From the NCBI GenBank assembly GCA_018985225.1, contig JADGIF010000546.1:1-6847 (forward strand): DNA of 6,847 nt. The letters run 5' to 3'. Each line of letters begins with the position of its first letter. Positions within the stretch are counted from its first letter, which is position 1. This DNA is from Amoeboradix gromovi X-113. Taxonomy: Eukaryota > Fungi > Sanchytriomycota. Of the stretch, positions 6,458 to 6,847 are shown piece after piece. The notes below the pieces were generated by a model that saw only the letters and a list, made by a program, of their open reading frames with translations, searched no databases and had not been told where the DNA came from. Made by a program: the position numbers and the translations under genes.

Positions 6458-6847
6458 TTTCAAGTACAGCTTTTAATTTTATTGGAATTAAATAATTATC
6501 ATGATTAGACGAAAAAATAAATAAATATTTACCGATCAACTCTTTTCTAGAACATTTCCAAAGGTATAAAATCCCGATACTCTTCCTTCATTGTCAATGG
6601 TAAATGGAACAAAAACTCATAATCCAGAATATGTCAAATCAAAAGAAATCACAAGTCGATACAAAATCCATTCATCGACACTCAGAAACTGGTCCAAACA
6701 TGGAAAAATCAAAACTCTTTCAACACCAGGAAAGAGATTCCTGTATCATTTATAAGACGTTCAAGAGTTTCTTGGTGTTCCCAAACCTTCCTCAAAAGAG
6801 ACAATCCTTTATGCGCGAGTCTCCTCAAATAAACAAAAAGCGGATCC
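6458..6847 (+). mobile_element. Left part of an IS607-family element (copy F), continuing beyond the window
   Basis: TTTCAAGTACAGCT...GAATTAAATAATTATCATGA (6485)...TTTTCTAGA...CGATACTCTT...AATGGTAAATGG is collinear with the copy A left end and is followed by tnpA. Confidence 0.85.
6597..6847 (+). pseudogene. tnpA: IS607-family TnpA serine recombinase (N-terminal MerR-like HTH plus start of catalytic domain); in-frame TAA at 6753-6755; partial
   Basis: MVNGTKTHNPEYVKSKEITSRYKIHSSTLRNWSKHGKIKTLSTPGKRFLYHL*DVQEFLGVPKPSSKETILYARVSSNKQKAD. The HTH (TLRNW...GKI...TPG.R) precedes YARVSS (catalytic Ser 6822-6824), the domain order characteristic of IS607 TnpA. Confidence 0.92.

Noticed and set aside
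6753-6755. TAA reassigned to Gln (ciliate or aphelid-type code) as the explanation for the tnpA stop
   Set aside because: The long host exons contain no in-frame TAA/TAG, SEC1 ends in TAA TAA at the expected place, and the other relics carry TGA stops and frameshifts too. Decay is the simpler explanation.

Overview
AT-rich, very compact eukaryotic DNA, most likely a flagellated, early-diverging fungus or related opisthokont (inference from GPI8, Sec1 and an IQUB-like radial-spoke gene). There are four host genes: GPI8 (+, 813-1839), SEC1 (-, 3072-5032), a 100-aa hypothetical (-) and a divergent IQUB-like gene (+). GPI8 and SEC1 are each split by one very small GT-AG intron (19 and 20 nt). Most of the longer intergenic DNA consists of relics of IS607-family transposons carrying a serine-recombinase TnpA and a TnpB/Fanzor2-type RNA-guided nuclease. 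I see at least seven pieces: a nuclease C-terminus plus right end (1-~255), two internally deleted elements (254-762 +, 2246-2808 -), a lone right end (2822-2980), and three left ends (~1937, ~6293, ~6460), the last leading into a TnpA with one in-frame TAA. The right ends share a structured, GG-terminated segment that is the likely omegaRNA scaffold. All alignments and folds were done by eye and no searches were run.
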